This document shows, in pieces, positions 35,431-47,890 of a stretch of DNA of 64,000 nucleotides. A program made the position numbers and the translations under genes. Positions within the stretch are counted from its first letter, which is position 1, and each line of letters opens with the position of its first letter. This DNA comes from Squalus acanthias. Its lineage: Eukaryota. The notes below the pieces were generated by a model. That model did not search any database, was not told the DNA's origin, and was given only the letters and a program-made list of their open reading frames with translations. Where the stretch lies: positions 138,634,001 through 138,698,000 of the forward strand of contig CM059431.1 of NCBI GenBank assembly GCA_030390025.1, in the 5' to 3' direction.

Positions 35431-38400
35431 CGAAGATAGGAGCAGGAGTAGGCCATTTGGCCCCTCGAGCCTGCTCCGCCATTTAATGAGATCATGGCTG
35501 ATCATCCAAATTCAGTACCCTGTCTCTGCTTACTCCCCATATCCCTTGATCACTTTAGCCTTAAGAAATATATTGATCTCCTTCTTGAATATATTTAATG
35601 AATTGGCCTCAACTGCCTTCTGTGGTAGAGAATTCCACAGGTTCACCACTCTCTGGGTGAAGAAATTCCTCCTCATCTCAGTCCTAAATGGCTTACCCCT
35701 TATCCTTAGACTGTGACCTCTGGTTCTGGACTCCCCCGCCACAGGGAACATCCTTCCTGCATCTAGCCTGTCTAGTCCTGTTAGAATTTTATAAGTTTCA
35801 ATGAGATCCCCTCTCATTCTTCTAAATTCTAGCAAATATAAGCCTAATTGACCCAATCTCTCTTCATACGTCATTCCCGCCATCCCAGGTATCAGTCTGG
35901 TAAATCTTCGCTGCACTCCCTCTATGGCAAGAACATCCTTCCTCAGATAAGGCGACCAAAACTGCGCACACGACTCAAGGTGTGGTCTCACCAAGGCCTT
36001 GTACAACTGCAGCAAGACATCCTTGCTCCTGTACTTGAATCCTCTCACTATGTGGCCAACATACCATTTGCCTTCTTAACCGCCTGCTGCACCTGCATGC
36101 TTACCTTCAGCGACTGCTGCACAAGGGCTCCCAGATCTCGTTGCACTTCCCCTTTTCCTAATCTATTGCCGTTCAGATAATAATCTGTCTTCCTGTTTTT
36201 GCCACCAAAGTGGATAACCTCGCATTTATCCACATTATACTGCATCTGCCATGCATCTGCCGAATCACCCAACCTGTCCAAATCATACTGGAGTTTCTCT
36301 GCATCCTCCTCACAGCACACACGCCCACCCATCTTTGTGTCGTCTGCAAACTTGGAGATATTACATCTAGTTCACGCGTCTAGATCATTCATATATATTG
36401 TGAATAGCTGGGGTGCTAGGACCGATCCCTGCGGTACCCCACTAGTCACTGCCTGCCACTCAGAAAAAGACCTGTTTTTTCCAACTCTTTGCTTCCTGTC
36501 TGCCAACCAATTCTCTATCCAAATCAGTACCTTACCCCTGATCCCATGTGCTTTAACTTTGCACGCTAATCTCTAATGCGGGACCTTAGCGAAAGCCTTC
36601 TGAAAGTCCAAATACACCACATCCAATGGTTCTCCCTTATCTATTCAACCAGTTACATCCTCAAAAAATTCCAGTAGATTGGTCAGGCATGATTTAACTT
36701 TTGTAAATGCATGTTGACTTTGTCCGATCCTGTCACTGTTTTCCAAGTGCTCTGCTATTACATCTTTTATAATGGACTCTAGCATTTTGCCCACTACCGA
36801 TGTCAGGCTTAACGGTCTATAATTCCCTGTTTTTTCTCTACCACCTTTTTTAAATAGTGTGGTTACATTAGCTACCCTCCAATCCATGGGAACTGTTCCA
36901 GAGTTTATAGAATTTTGAAAGATGAACACCAATGCATCTACTATTTCTAGGGCCACTTCCTTAAGTACCCTAGGATGTAGATTATCAGGCCCTGGGGATT
37001 TATCGGCCTTTAATCCCGTCAATTTGCCTAACACCATTTCCCCAGAAATACTGATTTCATTCAATTCCTCCCTCTCATTAGACCCTATGTTCCCCAACCT
37101 CTCTGGGAGTTTATTTGTGTCCTACTTTGTGAAGACAGAACCAAAGTATGTATTTAATTGGTCCGCCATTTCTTTGTACCCCATTATAAATTCCCCTGAT
37201 TCTGACTGCAAGGGACCTACGCTTGACTTCACCAATCTTTTTCTCTTCACATATCTATAGAAGCTTTTACAGTCATTTTTTATGTTCCTCGTAAACTTAC
37301 TCTCATATTCTATTACCCCTTCTTAATTAATCCCTTTGTTCTCCTTTGGTGAATCCTAAACTGCTCCCAATCCTCAGGTTTGCTGCTTTTTCTGGCCAAT
37401 TTATATGTCCTCTCCTTGGATCTTTATATTTTTATTCAAAAACAATAATACCTGTAAAACTCATCAATTACATAGTAATTCCATTACATAGTAAATCCAT
37501 TACATTCATCCATCACAGTAAAAAATAAAGCCTTAAAAACAGCCTTATAGTTAATATAAATGCAATGATTAATTTTACAAATAATCAATAATGTTTACAG
37601 TACAAATACCCTTAAACAATACCACACAACTTTTTAGATTTAAAAAAGTAAATCTCAAAGTTAACTCCACATAAAACAAAAATCATTTCAACACCAGTCT
37701 ACAAACACATAGCACCATCATAATCCAATTAAATGCTACAGATAACATTTATTCCAATAAACCAAGAAAAAAAACCCGTTTAGTGTAGGGAGGTACTGAG
37801 GAGGGTATCAAGGTCGCAGGAATGTACCGGCAGACAGGAAGATGGCTTGAAGTGTGTCTACTTCAATGCAAGGAGCATCCGGAATAAGGTAGGAGAACTT
37901 GGAGCGTGGATTGGTACTTGGGACTACGATGTGGTGGCCATTACGGAGACATGGTTAGAACAGGGACAGGAATGGTTGTTGGAAGTTCCGGGGTATAGAT
38001 GTTTCAGTAAGAGTAGGGAAGTTGGTAAGAAAGGTGGAGGAGTAGCATTGTTAATCAAGGATAGTTTAACAGCGGCAGAAAGGCAGTTCGAGGGGGATCT
38101 GCCGTCTGAGGTAATATGGGCTGAAGTTAGAAATAGGAAAGGAGCGGTCACGTTGTTAGGAGTTTTCTACAGGCCCCCAAATAGTAATAAAGATGTGGAG
38201 GAAGAAATTGCAAAGCAGATTATGAATAGGTGTGGAGGTCACAGAGTAGTTGTCATGGGTGACTTCAACTTTCCAAATATTGATTGGAACCTTTATAGGT
38301 CAAACAGTTCGGATGGGATAGTTTTTGCACAGTGTGTGCAGGAGGGTTTCCTGACACAATATGTGGATAGGCCGACAAGAGGTGGGGCCACGTTGGATTT

Positions 38401-41400
38401 GGTACTGGGTAATGAACCGGGCCAAGTGTTTGATTTGTATGTGGGAGAGCACTTTGGAGATAGTGACCACAATTCGGTAACTTTCACTATTGCAATGGAG
38501 AGGGATAGGGCCATATGGCAGGGCAGGGTTTATAATTGGGGGAGGGGTAATTATGATGCGATTAGGCAAGAATTAGGGAGTATAAGATGGGAACAGAAAC
38601 TATCAGGGAAAGGCACAAACGAAAAGTGGAGCTTTTTCATGGAGCAATTACTGCGTGTCCTTGATAGGTATGTCCCTGTCAGGCAGGGAGGAAATGGCCG
38701 AGTGAGAGAACCATGGTTCACAAAAGAGGTTGAATGTCTAGTCAAGAGGAAAAAGGAAGCGTATGTAAGGATGAGAAAACAAGGTTCAGTTGGGTCGATT
38801 GAGAGGTACAAGGTAGCAAGGAATGAGCTAAAAAAAGAGCTTAGGAGAGCTAGGAGGGGGCATGAGAAGTCCTTGGCGGGTCGGATCAAGAAAAACCCCA
38901 AGGCTTTTTACTCTTATGTGAGAAATAAAAGAATGACCAGGGTGAGGGTAGGGCCGGTCAAGGACAGTAGTGGGAACTTGTGCATGGAGTCAGAAGAGAT
39001 AGGAGAGGTGATGAATGAATACTTTTCGTCAGTGTTCACCGAGGAGAGGGGTCATGTTCTTGAGGATGAGAGTGTGATAAAGGTGGATAGGCTGGAGGTG
39101 GTAGATGTTCTGAGGGAAGATGTTTTAGCAATTTTGAAGAACCTGAGGGTCGATAAGTCCCCTGGGCCAGATGGGATATATCCTAGGATTCTTTGGGAGG
39201 CAAGGGAGGAGATTGCAGAGCCTCTGGCTTTGATCTTTGGGTCCTCACTGTCCACGGGGATGGTGCCAGAGGACTGGAGAGTGGCGAATGTTGTTCCTCT
39301 CTTCAAGAAAGGAAATAGGAATGACCCTGGTAATTATAGGCAGGTTAGTCTTACTTCGGTGGTTGGTAAGATAATGGAAAAGGTCCTGAGGGATAGGATT
39401 TATGACCATTTGGAAAGGGGCAACTTAATCAGGGATAGTCAACACGGATTCGTGAAGGGTAAGTCTTGCCTAACAAATTTGATTGAATTCTTTGAGGAGG
39501 TAACTAAGTGTGTAGATGAAGGTAGAGCAGTTGATGTCGTATACATGGATTTTAGTAAGGCGTTTGATAAGGTTCCCCATGGTCGGCTCATGAAGAAAGT
39601 AAGGAGTTGTGGGATAGAGGGAAATTTGGCCGATTGGATAAGTAACTGGCTATCTCATAGAACATGATGCGGAGATGCCGGTGTTGGACTGGGGTGGACA
39701 AAATTGAGAGGAGAAGGCAGAGGGTGGTGGTGGATGGAACATTTTCGGACTGGAGACCAGTTACCAGCGGTGTGCCACAGGGGTCGGTGCTGGGTCTTCT
39801 GCTGTTTGTGATTTTTATCAATGACTTGGAGGAGGGGACTGAAGGGTGGATCAGTAAATTTGCTGATGACACCAAGATTGGTGGAGTAGTGGATGAGGTG
39901 GAGGGCAGTTGTAGGCTGCAAAGAGACATTGATAGGATGCAGAGCTGGGCCGAAAAATGGCAGATGGAATTTAACCCTGATAAGTGCGAGGTGATTCATT
40001 TTGGTAGGGCAAATTTGAATAAGGATTACAGGGTCAACGGCAGGGTTCTGAGGAACGTGGAGGAGCAGAGGGATCTGGGGGTTCATATCCACAGATCTCT
40101 GAAGGTTGCCACTCAAGTGGATAGAGCAGTAAAGAAGGCCTATGGTGTGTTGGCGTTTATTAACAGAGGGTTTGAGTTTAAGAACCGTGAGGTTATGCTG
40201 CAACTGTACAGGACCTTGGTGAGACCACATTTGGAATATTGTGTGCAGTTCTGGTCACCTCACTATAGGAACGACGTGGAAGCATTGGAAAGAGTGCAAA
40301 GGAGATTTACCAGGATGCTGCCTGGTTTGGGGGGGAGGTCTTATGAGGAAAGATTGAGGGAGTTGGGGCTTTTCTCTTTAGAGCGGAGGAGGATGAGAGG
40401 CGACTTAATAGAGGTTTATAAGATGATGAGGGGGATAGATAGAGTGGATGTTCAGAGACTATTTCCTCGGGTAGAGGCAGCTGTTACAAGGGGGCATAAC
40501 TATAAGGTGCATGGGGGGAGATATAGAAGGGATGTCCGAGGTAGATTCTTTACTCAGAGAGTGGTTGGGGTGTGGAATGGACTGCCTGCTGTGATAGTGG
40601 AGTCGGACACTTCAGGAACTTTCAAGCGGTTATTGGATAAGCACATGGAGCACACCAGAGTGATAGGGAGTGTGATAGCTTGATCTTGGTCTCGGACAAT
40701 GCTCGGCACAACATTGAGGGCCGAAGGGCCTGTACTGTGCTGTACTGTTCTATGTAGCTATGTATGCCAGTCCTACTGGCATTGTTCTTTCGATCATTTG
40801 ATCATTCATTCAATTGTTCGTTCGTTCATTCAAGCGTTCGTTCGTTCGATCGAGCGTAAGTTCCAATATGTATGTCTGAATGCGTGCGTGCGTATCATTT
40901 GTCTTATTGCGTGCCTGCATGCGTTCACTCGATTATCGTTCGTTTGATCGTTCACCACGTGATCATTCATTCGCTCGAGTGTAAGTTCCAATGTGCATGC
41001 TTGCGTCTCCTTGGATCTTATACTATCCCTAATTTCCCTTGACAGCCACGGTTGTGTCAACTTTTTTCTTTTATTTTTATGCCAAACTGGGATGAACAAA
41101 TTCTATAGTTCATCCATACGATCTTTAAATGTTTGCCATTTCCTATCAAACGTCAACCCTTTAAGTAACGCTCCCCAATCCATCCTAGCCAACTCGCGCC
41201 TCATACCATCGTAGTTTCCTTTATTTAATTTCAGGACCCTAGTCTCTGAGTCAACTACTTCACTCTCCATCTTAATGAAGAATTCTATCATAGTATGTTC
41301 GCCCCTCCCCAAGGGGCCTCGCACAACAAGATTGCTAATTAATCCTTTCTCATTACATAATACCCAGTCTAAATGGCCATTTCTCGAGTTGGTTCCTCGA

Positions 41401-41739
41401 CATATTGGTCCAGGAAACCATCCCGTATACACACTAGGAATTCCTCTTACACGGTATTGTTACTAATTTGGTTAGCCCAATCTATATGTAGATTAAAGTC
41501 ACCCATGATAACTGCTGTGCCCTTATTGCACGTGTTGCTAATTTCCCATTTAATGCCATCCCCAACCTTAGCATTACTATTTGGGGGTCTTTATACAACT
41601 CCCACTAACGTTTTCTGCCCCTTGGTATTTCTCAGCTCTACCCATACAGATTCCACATCATCAGAGCTAATATCCTTCCTTACTATTGTGTTAATCTCCT
41701 CTTTAACCAGCAATGCTACCCCACCTCCTTTTCCTTTTT
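35431..41739 (-). mobile_element. CR1 LINE (endonuclease to 3' tail) inserted in macro-repeat copy 2 and itself interrupted at 37425-41005
   Basis: ORFs 35530-36048, 36048-36332, 36645-37097, 41103-41432 with CR1 RT/EN motifs; macro-repeat resumes at gcagggctt (~41740). Confidence 0.93.
37780..40762 (+). mobile_element. Young CR1 LINE, near-intact ORF2 (APE endonuclease plus RT) split only by a 53-nt insert
   Basis: ORF 37847-39667 (YFNARS, ITETWL, MGDFN, SDH, KSPGPDG) and ORF 39664-40683 (PQGSVLG, FADD); tail ggcctgtactgtgctgtactgttctatg. Confidence 0.96.
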
Positions 41740-43472
41740 GCAGGGCTTGTATGTGTTCAAGTTATCTGCCGTGTGCATTGTTACTGCATCTCATGTCTGA
41801 AAAAAACAGAAAGCATATACCATTAGATTATACTGATTTAATGCCAGACTGCATTATTGTGGGAACTTACTTTGCCTTTCTTTCAAGAATTTTGTAAAAA
41901 GCAAGGCTGCCTATATACATCAAGCTATTTGATATTTTTCTGTACTGGACTTTATAGGGGAATGTTTGTGTAGTGTTTCATGGCACATCCTGTTGTGGGA
42001 CCTTATTCTCCCCTTCAGCCCAACCCAAACAAGACAAGACATTTGTAAAAAAAAAAGTATATATTATATTTTTTAATTATTTTCAGAATAATCCATTTGA
42101 TTTTTTTCTGGACTGGGCTTTATTGGGGAATGTGCTTGAGATGTTTTCAGAGCGAAAGCTGCTGTGCCATCATTCCATTCATTTTATTACATATATAAGT
42201 ATATATGTTATTATTTATTCCCGATTGTATTTACTTCTTTTCACCCTCTCGGGCTTTCATTTCCTCTCGGGGACCCGGATTTCTGGGGCCTTGGCTTCAC
42301 TTCTTCCTGTTTGATTGTCCTCATCAAACATGGACGGACAACCAGGAAGGGACTTCATAAAAAATTGACACTCCCAGGCTGCAAAATCCCTTTCAAAATA
42401 AATATGTGTGTGTGAGTTTCTACAAATTGTAGAGTCTGTGTGAGTGAGTCTGTATGTGCCTGGGTGTCTGTGTTTCTGCATATTGCAGAGTCTGTGTGAG
42501 TGTGTGTCATGTTATTGTACATTTTAGTTCAATGTGTTTGGGAGGGAGACTGTGTGAGTGGCAGACAGTCAGTGAGAGCGAGAGAGACGTCAAAACAAAA
42601 GGCAAGTTGCTGAATAGAAAACCTGTTTCTGTAGGCCACAAAGTGAAAAGATAAGATACTGAAAAGTGTATTTTTCGTTTTAATCTTCCAACACGGCAGT
42701 CATCCCTCTGCAGGCTGGCCAGGCTGTGAGTGTGTGTGTGAGAGAGAGAGAGGACAAAAGCTGGTGTTTGTGTTAGATGTGGTCTGCTGTCTTATTACCT
42801 GTTGTTGTATTAAACTCTATTGATTTCATTCTGGTCTGGTCCACATGTAATGCTGTTGTGTATCACTTTATTGCACTTTATTTCACTTCACCTCACTTCA
42901 AGACAGACAGACAGTGAGATACTGAAAAATATATTTGTGGACTGTCTGACAGTTAAAGCTGCTTTGGGATCTTTGTATTCATTTTATTCCACAACACTGA
43001 AATCAAGACAAGACAGGCAGGCAGGGAGAGAGACACATGAAATCAAGACAACATGCAGAATAGAAATAAAAACAGAAACTGTTGGAAATACTCAGCAGGT
43101 CAGGCAGCATCTGTGGAGAGAGCTAGAAACAGAGTTAACGTTTCAGCTCGATCACCTTTCGTCAGAACCTTGCCAGAATCTGACAATAGGTCATCGAGCT
43201 GAAACATTAGCTCTGTTTCTCTCTCTCTCCACAGATGCTGCCTGACCTGCTGAGTATTTCCAACAGTTTCTGTTTTAATTTCAGATTTCCAGCATACGCA
43301 GTATTTTGCTTTTGATGCAGAATAGAAAGTCTGTTTCTGTAGGCCGCAAAATGAAAAGATAAGATACTGAAAAGTGTTTTTTTGCTTTTCAACTCCCAAA
43401 CACAGCAGAGCAATGAGAGAAATCAACTTTCTTTCACTGCTGACAGTGTTTTGTGACAATTTTGCAGGCTGG

Positions 43473-43508
<36 letters not shown>

Positions 43509-44586
43509 AGTGAGAGAGAGAGAGATAGAGAGAGAGAGAGAACAGAGGCTGGTGTACATGCAGAGCATGTCTGTGCTCAAGTTATCTGACATGTGCATTG
43601 GTACTGCATCTCATGTCTGGAAGAAACAGAAAGTATACATCAGTAGATCATGCTGATTTCATTCCAGACTGCACTGCTGTGGGATCTTACTTTGCCTTAC
43701 TTTCAAGACTTGAAAAAGTCAATGCTACATATATACATCAAACCATTTGTTTTTTCTGGACTGGACTTTATCAGGGAATCTTTTTGAGGTGTTTCAGAGC
43801 ATATGCTGCTGTGGGATCTTACTCTCCCTTTAATTCCCAACCCAACCCACCTAAGACAAGATTTTTGTAAAAACAAAGTATATATAATATATATTTTTAA
43901 GATTACTTTCAGAATAATCCATTTGATTTTTTTTGGACTGGGATTTATTGGGGAATGTGCTTGGCGTGTTTTCAGAGCAAAAGCTGCTGTGGGATCTTTC
44001 CATTCATTTTATTCCACTCCACGCAAATCACAGACAGGCAGATATTTTCCTTACAAAAGTAAAGTTCATAGGGGTAAAAATTCAGTTGGTTGCGCCTCCC
44101 GTTAGCGCCTTAAGAGGGCGCTAATGGGGCGCAAAGCCGCTAGCGCCCGGGCGCAGCGATGTTTGCGCCGCTCGGGAACTTAACTAGACATTGTGCGGCG
44201 GCGCTAAGCTTTACCGCCGCGACCACCTGCGCGCGCAGATTGTGACGTCATTCCATGGTGCAACGCCCTTGTGGCGCCCCGGAGCGGAAATTGAGTGGCG
44301 CCCCCTGCCTTACCACCTGGCGCATCCAACGACCGAAAGACTGGAACGCTATCAATCGCTGTGGGACTGGGGGGGGGGGCGCTATTTAAAGGGGGCCTCT
44401 TCCTGTCTTTTTCTGTGGTTGACATTTATGCACCACTCGTTCTGAGAGAGAGAGAGAGAGATTCGGAGAGAGAGAAAGAGAGACTTCTGCATTGAGTCAA
44501 CGCTTTGTGAGGTAGTTTTGCCTACTGATCCTAACTTCGCTACTACTTTGGTTGCTGTCCTTCATTACTTTGCATGCAAAGAGACT

Positions 44587-45747
44587 ATGGGGGCTGCACT
44601 GATTGGGGGCGACGTCCTGCTCCAGCTGAATCGGAGGACACAGAGACGCAGAGAGAGAGTGGCAATGATGGCCAGACGGAGGAGGGCCAACAGGCGTATG
44701 TACAGGAGAGCTTACCCTCCCAGGGTATATCGTGAACAGCTCTCCTACATTCATTTGTCTGAGGAGCTGTGTTTGCGAAGGCTGCGATTCAGCAAGGAGG
44801 TGGTCACTGAGCTCTGCCACCTGCTGCAGCCAGATCTGCAGCCTCAACTGAGGTCCAGGACATCTCTGTCGGTGGCAGTGAAGGTCACAGTGGCTCTCAA
44901 CTTCTATGCTACTGGCTCATTTCAATCTGCTGTTGGGGACCTCGCCAATATCTCCCAGTTCGCGGTGCATTGCTGCATCCGGCAGGTCACAAATGCCCTC
45001 TTTAAAAGGAGACGAGAGTTCATCTCTTTCCCCATGACCCCAGACAAGCAGCGTGACCGCGCTCTGGGGTTTGCGAGGATAGCGGGCTTCCCCATGGTGC
45101 AGGGCGCCATTGACTGCACGCATGTAGCTTTGCGTGCTCCACATGAGAATGCCGAGGAATTCCGGAACAGAAAGGGGTTCCATTCCTTGAATGTTCAGTT
45201 GGTCTGTGACCACAGACAGCTGATACTCGCTGTCAATGCCCACTATCCTGGCAGCTGCCACGATGCTTTTATCCTGCGCCAGACTACTGTGGCAGAACTG
45301 TTCGAGGCACCGCATCAGCCAGTTGGTTGGCTTCTCGGGGACAAGGGGTATCCATTGAGCACCTGGCTGATGACACCGCTCCATACGCCCAACACCCCTG
45401 CTGAGCTGCGGTACAATGAGAGCCATCAAGCTACCAGGATCATCATTGAGCGCACAATCGGCGTGCTGAAGCAACGGTTCCGCTGTCTCGATCATTCTGG
45501 AGGAGCCCTGCAGTACTCGCCTGAGCGAGTATCCAACTTCGTAGTTGTGTGCTGCATGTTGCATAACATGGCAATCGTCAGGACCCAGCCAATAACACCA
45601 GGCCTTGGAGCACCACCAGAGGAGGAGGAGGAAGAGAAGGAAGAGGACGAGGAGGATGATCATCAGCAGCACCAAGGCAGAAGGGCGGCCCACAATGGTG
45701 AAACTGCAAGAGCCGTCCGTCAACGGCTGATAGCAAGCCGCTTCTAG
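44587..45747 (+). CDS. Harbinger DDE transposase (HARBI1-like), intact single-exon ORF
   Basis: GAIDCTHV, NRKGFHSLNVQLVCD, PGSCHDAFIL, LLGDKGYP, YNESH..TRIIIERTIGVLKQRFRCL; ATG at 44587. Confidence 0.93.
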   Translation: MGAALIGGDVLLQLNRRTQRRRERVAMMARRRRANRRMYRRAYPPRVYREQLSYIHLSEELCLRRLRFSKEVVTELCHLLQPDLQPQLRSRTSLSVAVKVTVALNFYATGSFQSAVGDLANISQFAVHCCIRQVTNALFKRRREFISFPMTPDKQRDRALGFARIAGFPMVQGAIDCTHVALRAPHENAEEFRNRKGFHSLNVQLVCDHRQLILAVNAHYPGSCHDAFILRQTTVAELFEAPHQPVGWLLGDKGYPLSTWLMTPLHTPNTPAELRYNESHQATRIIIERTIGVLKQRFRCLDHSGGALQYSPERVSNFVVVCCMLHNMAIVRTQPITPGLGAPPEEEEEEKEEDEEDDHQQHQGRRAAHNGETARAVRQRLIASRF

Positions 45748-45992
45748 GGCCCCTGCTGTGGAAATGGCTTCTGCCATTGCTAACAACATCAATGAACCCA
45801 GCACGCAACCCCTAAGCCGGCCAAGGCACCAATAATTCCAAACACCAAACATGTATATTTTGAATACAAAAACGTATTTTTTTTACAAACTCTGTGTGTG
45901 TCAATTCCTCATGACAAACTCATAGAAATAAACACAAAAAAACAGTCAATAACATAACTGGTTCTCACAACCTGGAGATAATGTCCAAAACA

Positions 45993-47890
45993 CTAAACAA
46001 AAGTTGGACCACGAACCTCGGCCTTTAATAAAAAAATGACCAGCATTTTGTCACACCTCCTACTTTTGCCCTTCGAGGGTGATCTCCTTCCCTTGCGCAC
46101 TTCCCCCCTTCTAACCCTATTGCTCCTCCGTAATGGGACCGCAATGGCTGCAGCAAGGCTGGTGGAAGGCTGCTGATCGTCAGACCCTGACACTGCAGAT
46201 GCCCCTGAAGGACGGCCTCGACTAGTTCTGGGCCTGGAGGGCCCGGCTGCAGACTGCACCAACTCTGCATGGGCGGCAGCAGTCTGTCCTACAGGCGGTG
46301 GCAAGTGCAGTGGAGAAGTGACAGTGTTGGCAGCAGGAATGCTGTCATCGTGAGAGAGGACAGCAACTCACTGCTCGCCCGACACACTGGCACTCCCACG
46401 GGGCAGCACTTCAGCATCCGGAGCAATCTGCTGGAGCACAGATTGCTGGCCTGCTGCGGCGCGGTGAGAGCCCCGGGGACATGTGAACGAACCATCGAGG
46501 TTGGCAGCAGTCAGTGCTCGCGTGGCCTCAATCTGAGTCTGCATGAGAGCAGTCAGAGATGGGATCACGGCAGTCAGTGACTGAATTGCTGCACTAAGCG
46601 TTAGTGTGGCATCCGCCTGTGCTAGAGCGAAGTGCTCCACACTCCTTGCCAGTGACTCAATGCATTCGGGCACCCTTCCCACTGCACCCAAGATCCCAGT
46701 GTGCATGCCCACCGCCTGGGTGTTCATTTCTGCGATCAGCCGCTCCTCCTCTGCATCCATTGCAGTAGGAGTCTCTGGCATACTCTCCCTCTGGGGAGAA
46801 GGCCCCCGTTCTTCCCTACCCCCATGGCGTTCCTGCAGCCCGCTGGGTCCTGGAGCTTCACCCTCATCAGACCCTTCCCCCCTGCTCCCCTCCAGGGAAG
46901 GCGTGTTCCCAGTGTGGGCATGGGCTTCCTCGGGTGAGGGTGGCACTGATGCTCCGGCTTCCTCTTTCTCCTCGGCTGCAGCTTCACTCCCAGTGGCAGC
47001 TTCAGGGCCCGTCTCCTCAGCTGGTGAATCACCATCTGAAAGCAGGGAGGTACAAGAGTGGCTTTAGCGTGAGGACAGGGTGGCAGTAAGGGAGGAATAA
47101 GTGCAGCGAGTTAGCAATTTGGATTGAAAGTGTCAAAGGCTGGTGTTGTGAGGGACAAGTGGAAGGACAGAGGACAAAAAGGTGATGACCTTACCATTGC
47201 TGTCCAGAACGGGGTCGGCGTCTCTAGTGGCGACGGGACCGATCACCCGGCTTGCCACAATCCTGTGGACGCGCTCCTCAAGATCACTGAGGGGTTGCAG
47301 CTGAGGCCGCCCTCCACCTGTCCGTTGCTGCTGTCTCCGATTATGCGCCAGCTTGGCCTGCAAGAAAAAGGACAGCATCTGAGTAAATATACAGCCATGG
47401 TCTTGCCTGATGTGCCTCCCATAGGTGAATAGCCCTTACTGTATGCAGCCTTGGTCTTTCCTGATGTGCCTCCCATAGGTGAATAGCCCTTACTGTATGC
47501 AAAGTGTGGAATGTGTGTGTGTGTTTCAAGAAAGGGCCATAGGTGTTGGATGAGTGTTGTGCATTGGGGTTTTAAGACCCTCTGGCCATAGAGTGAGGTT
47601 GAGATGGAGGGATGGAGAGGTATTGAGAAAAAGCCACTCACCCTGACGACCCGAGTGAGGTCGTTGAACTTTTTGCGGCATTGAACATGGGTCCTGGGCA
47701 CCATGCTCCTGGAGGAGACGCTCTGAGCCACCTCCCTCCACACTCTTCTGTACTCGCGTGGCAAAGACCTCCTGCCACTCTCAGGGAAGAGTATACATCT
47801 TCTGCGCTCCACCGCGCCAACCAGAGCATCCAAGGCACGCTCGGTGAAGCGATGAGCTCGTTCTGTCACCCTCTCCATCCTTGGCAGCAA
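45993..47890 (-). CDS. Harbinger Myb/SANT-like DNA-binding protein; exons 47890-47642, 47357-47195, 47035-45993; one in-frame TGA at 46370-46368
   Basis: RFTERALDALV...WREVAQSV...RTHVQCRKKFNDL; GT-AG sites with consistent phases (0, then 1); ORFs 46368-46946 and 45993-46304 share a frame. Confidence 0.85.

Noticed and set aside
44518..45747. Host HARBI1 gene
   Set aside because: It lies within TIRs and a TSD alongside a Myb partner, so it is a transposon copy, not the domesticated gene.
44917..45852. 311-aa antisense ORF over the transposase, and other antisense ORFs over CR1, Penelope and NACHT
   Set aside because: Shadow frames of real coding sequence with no recognisable motifs.
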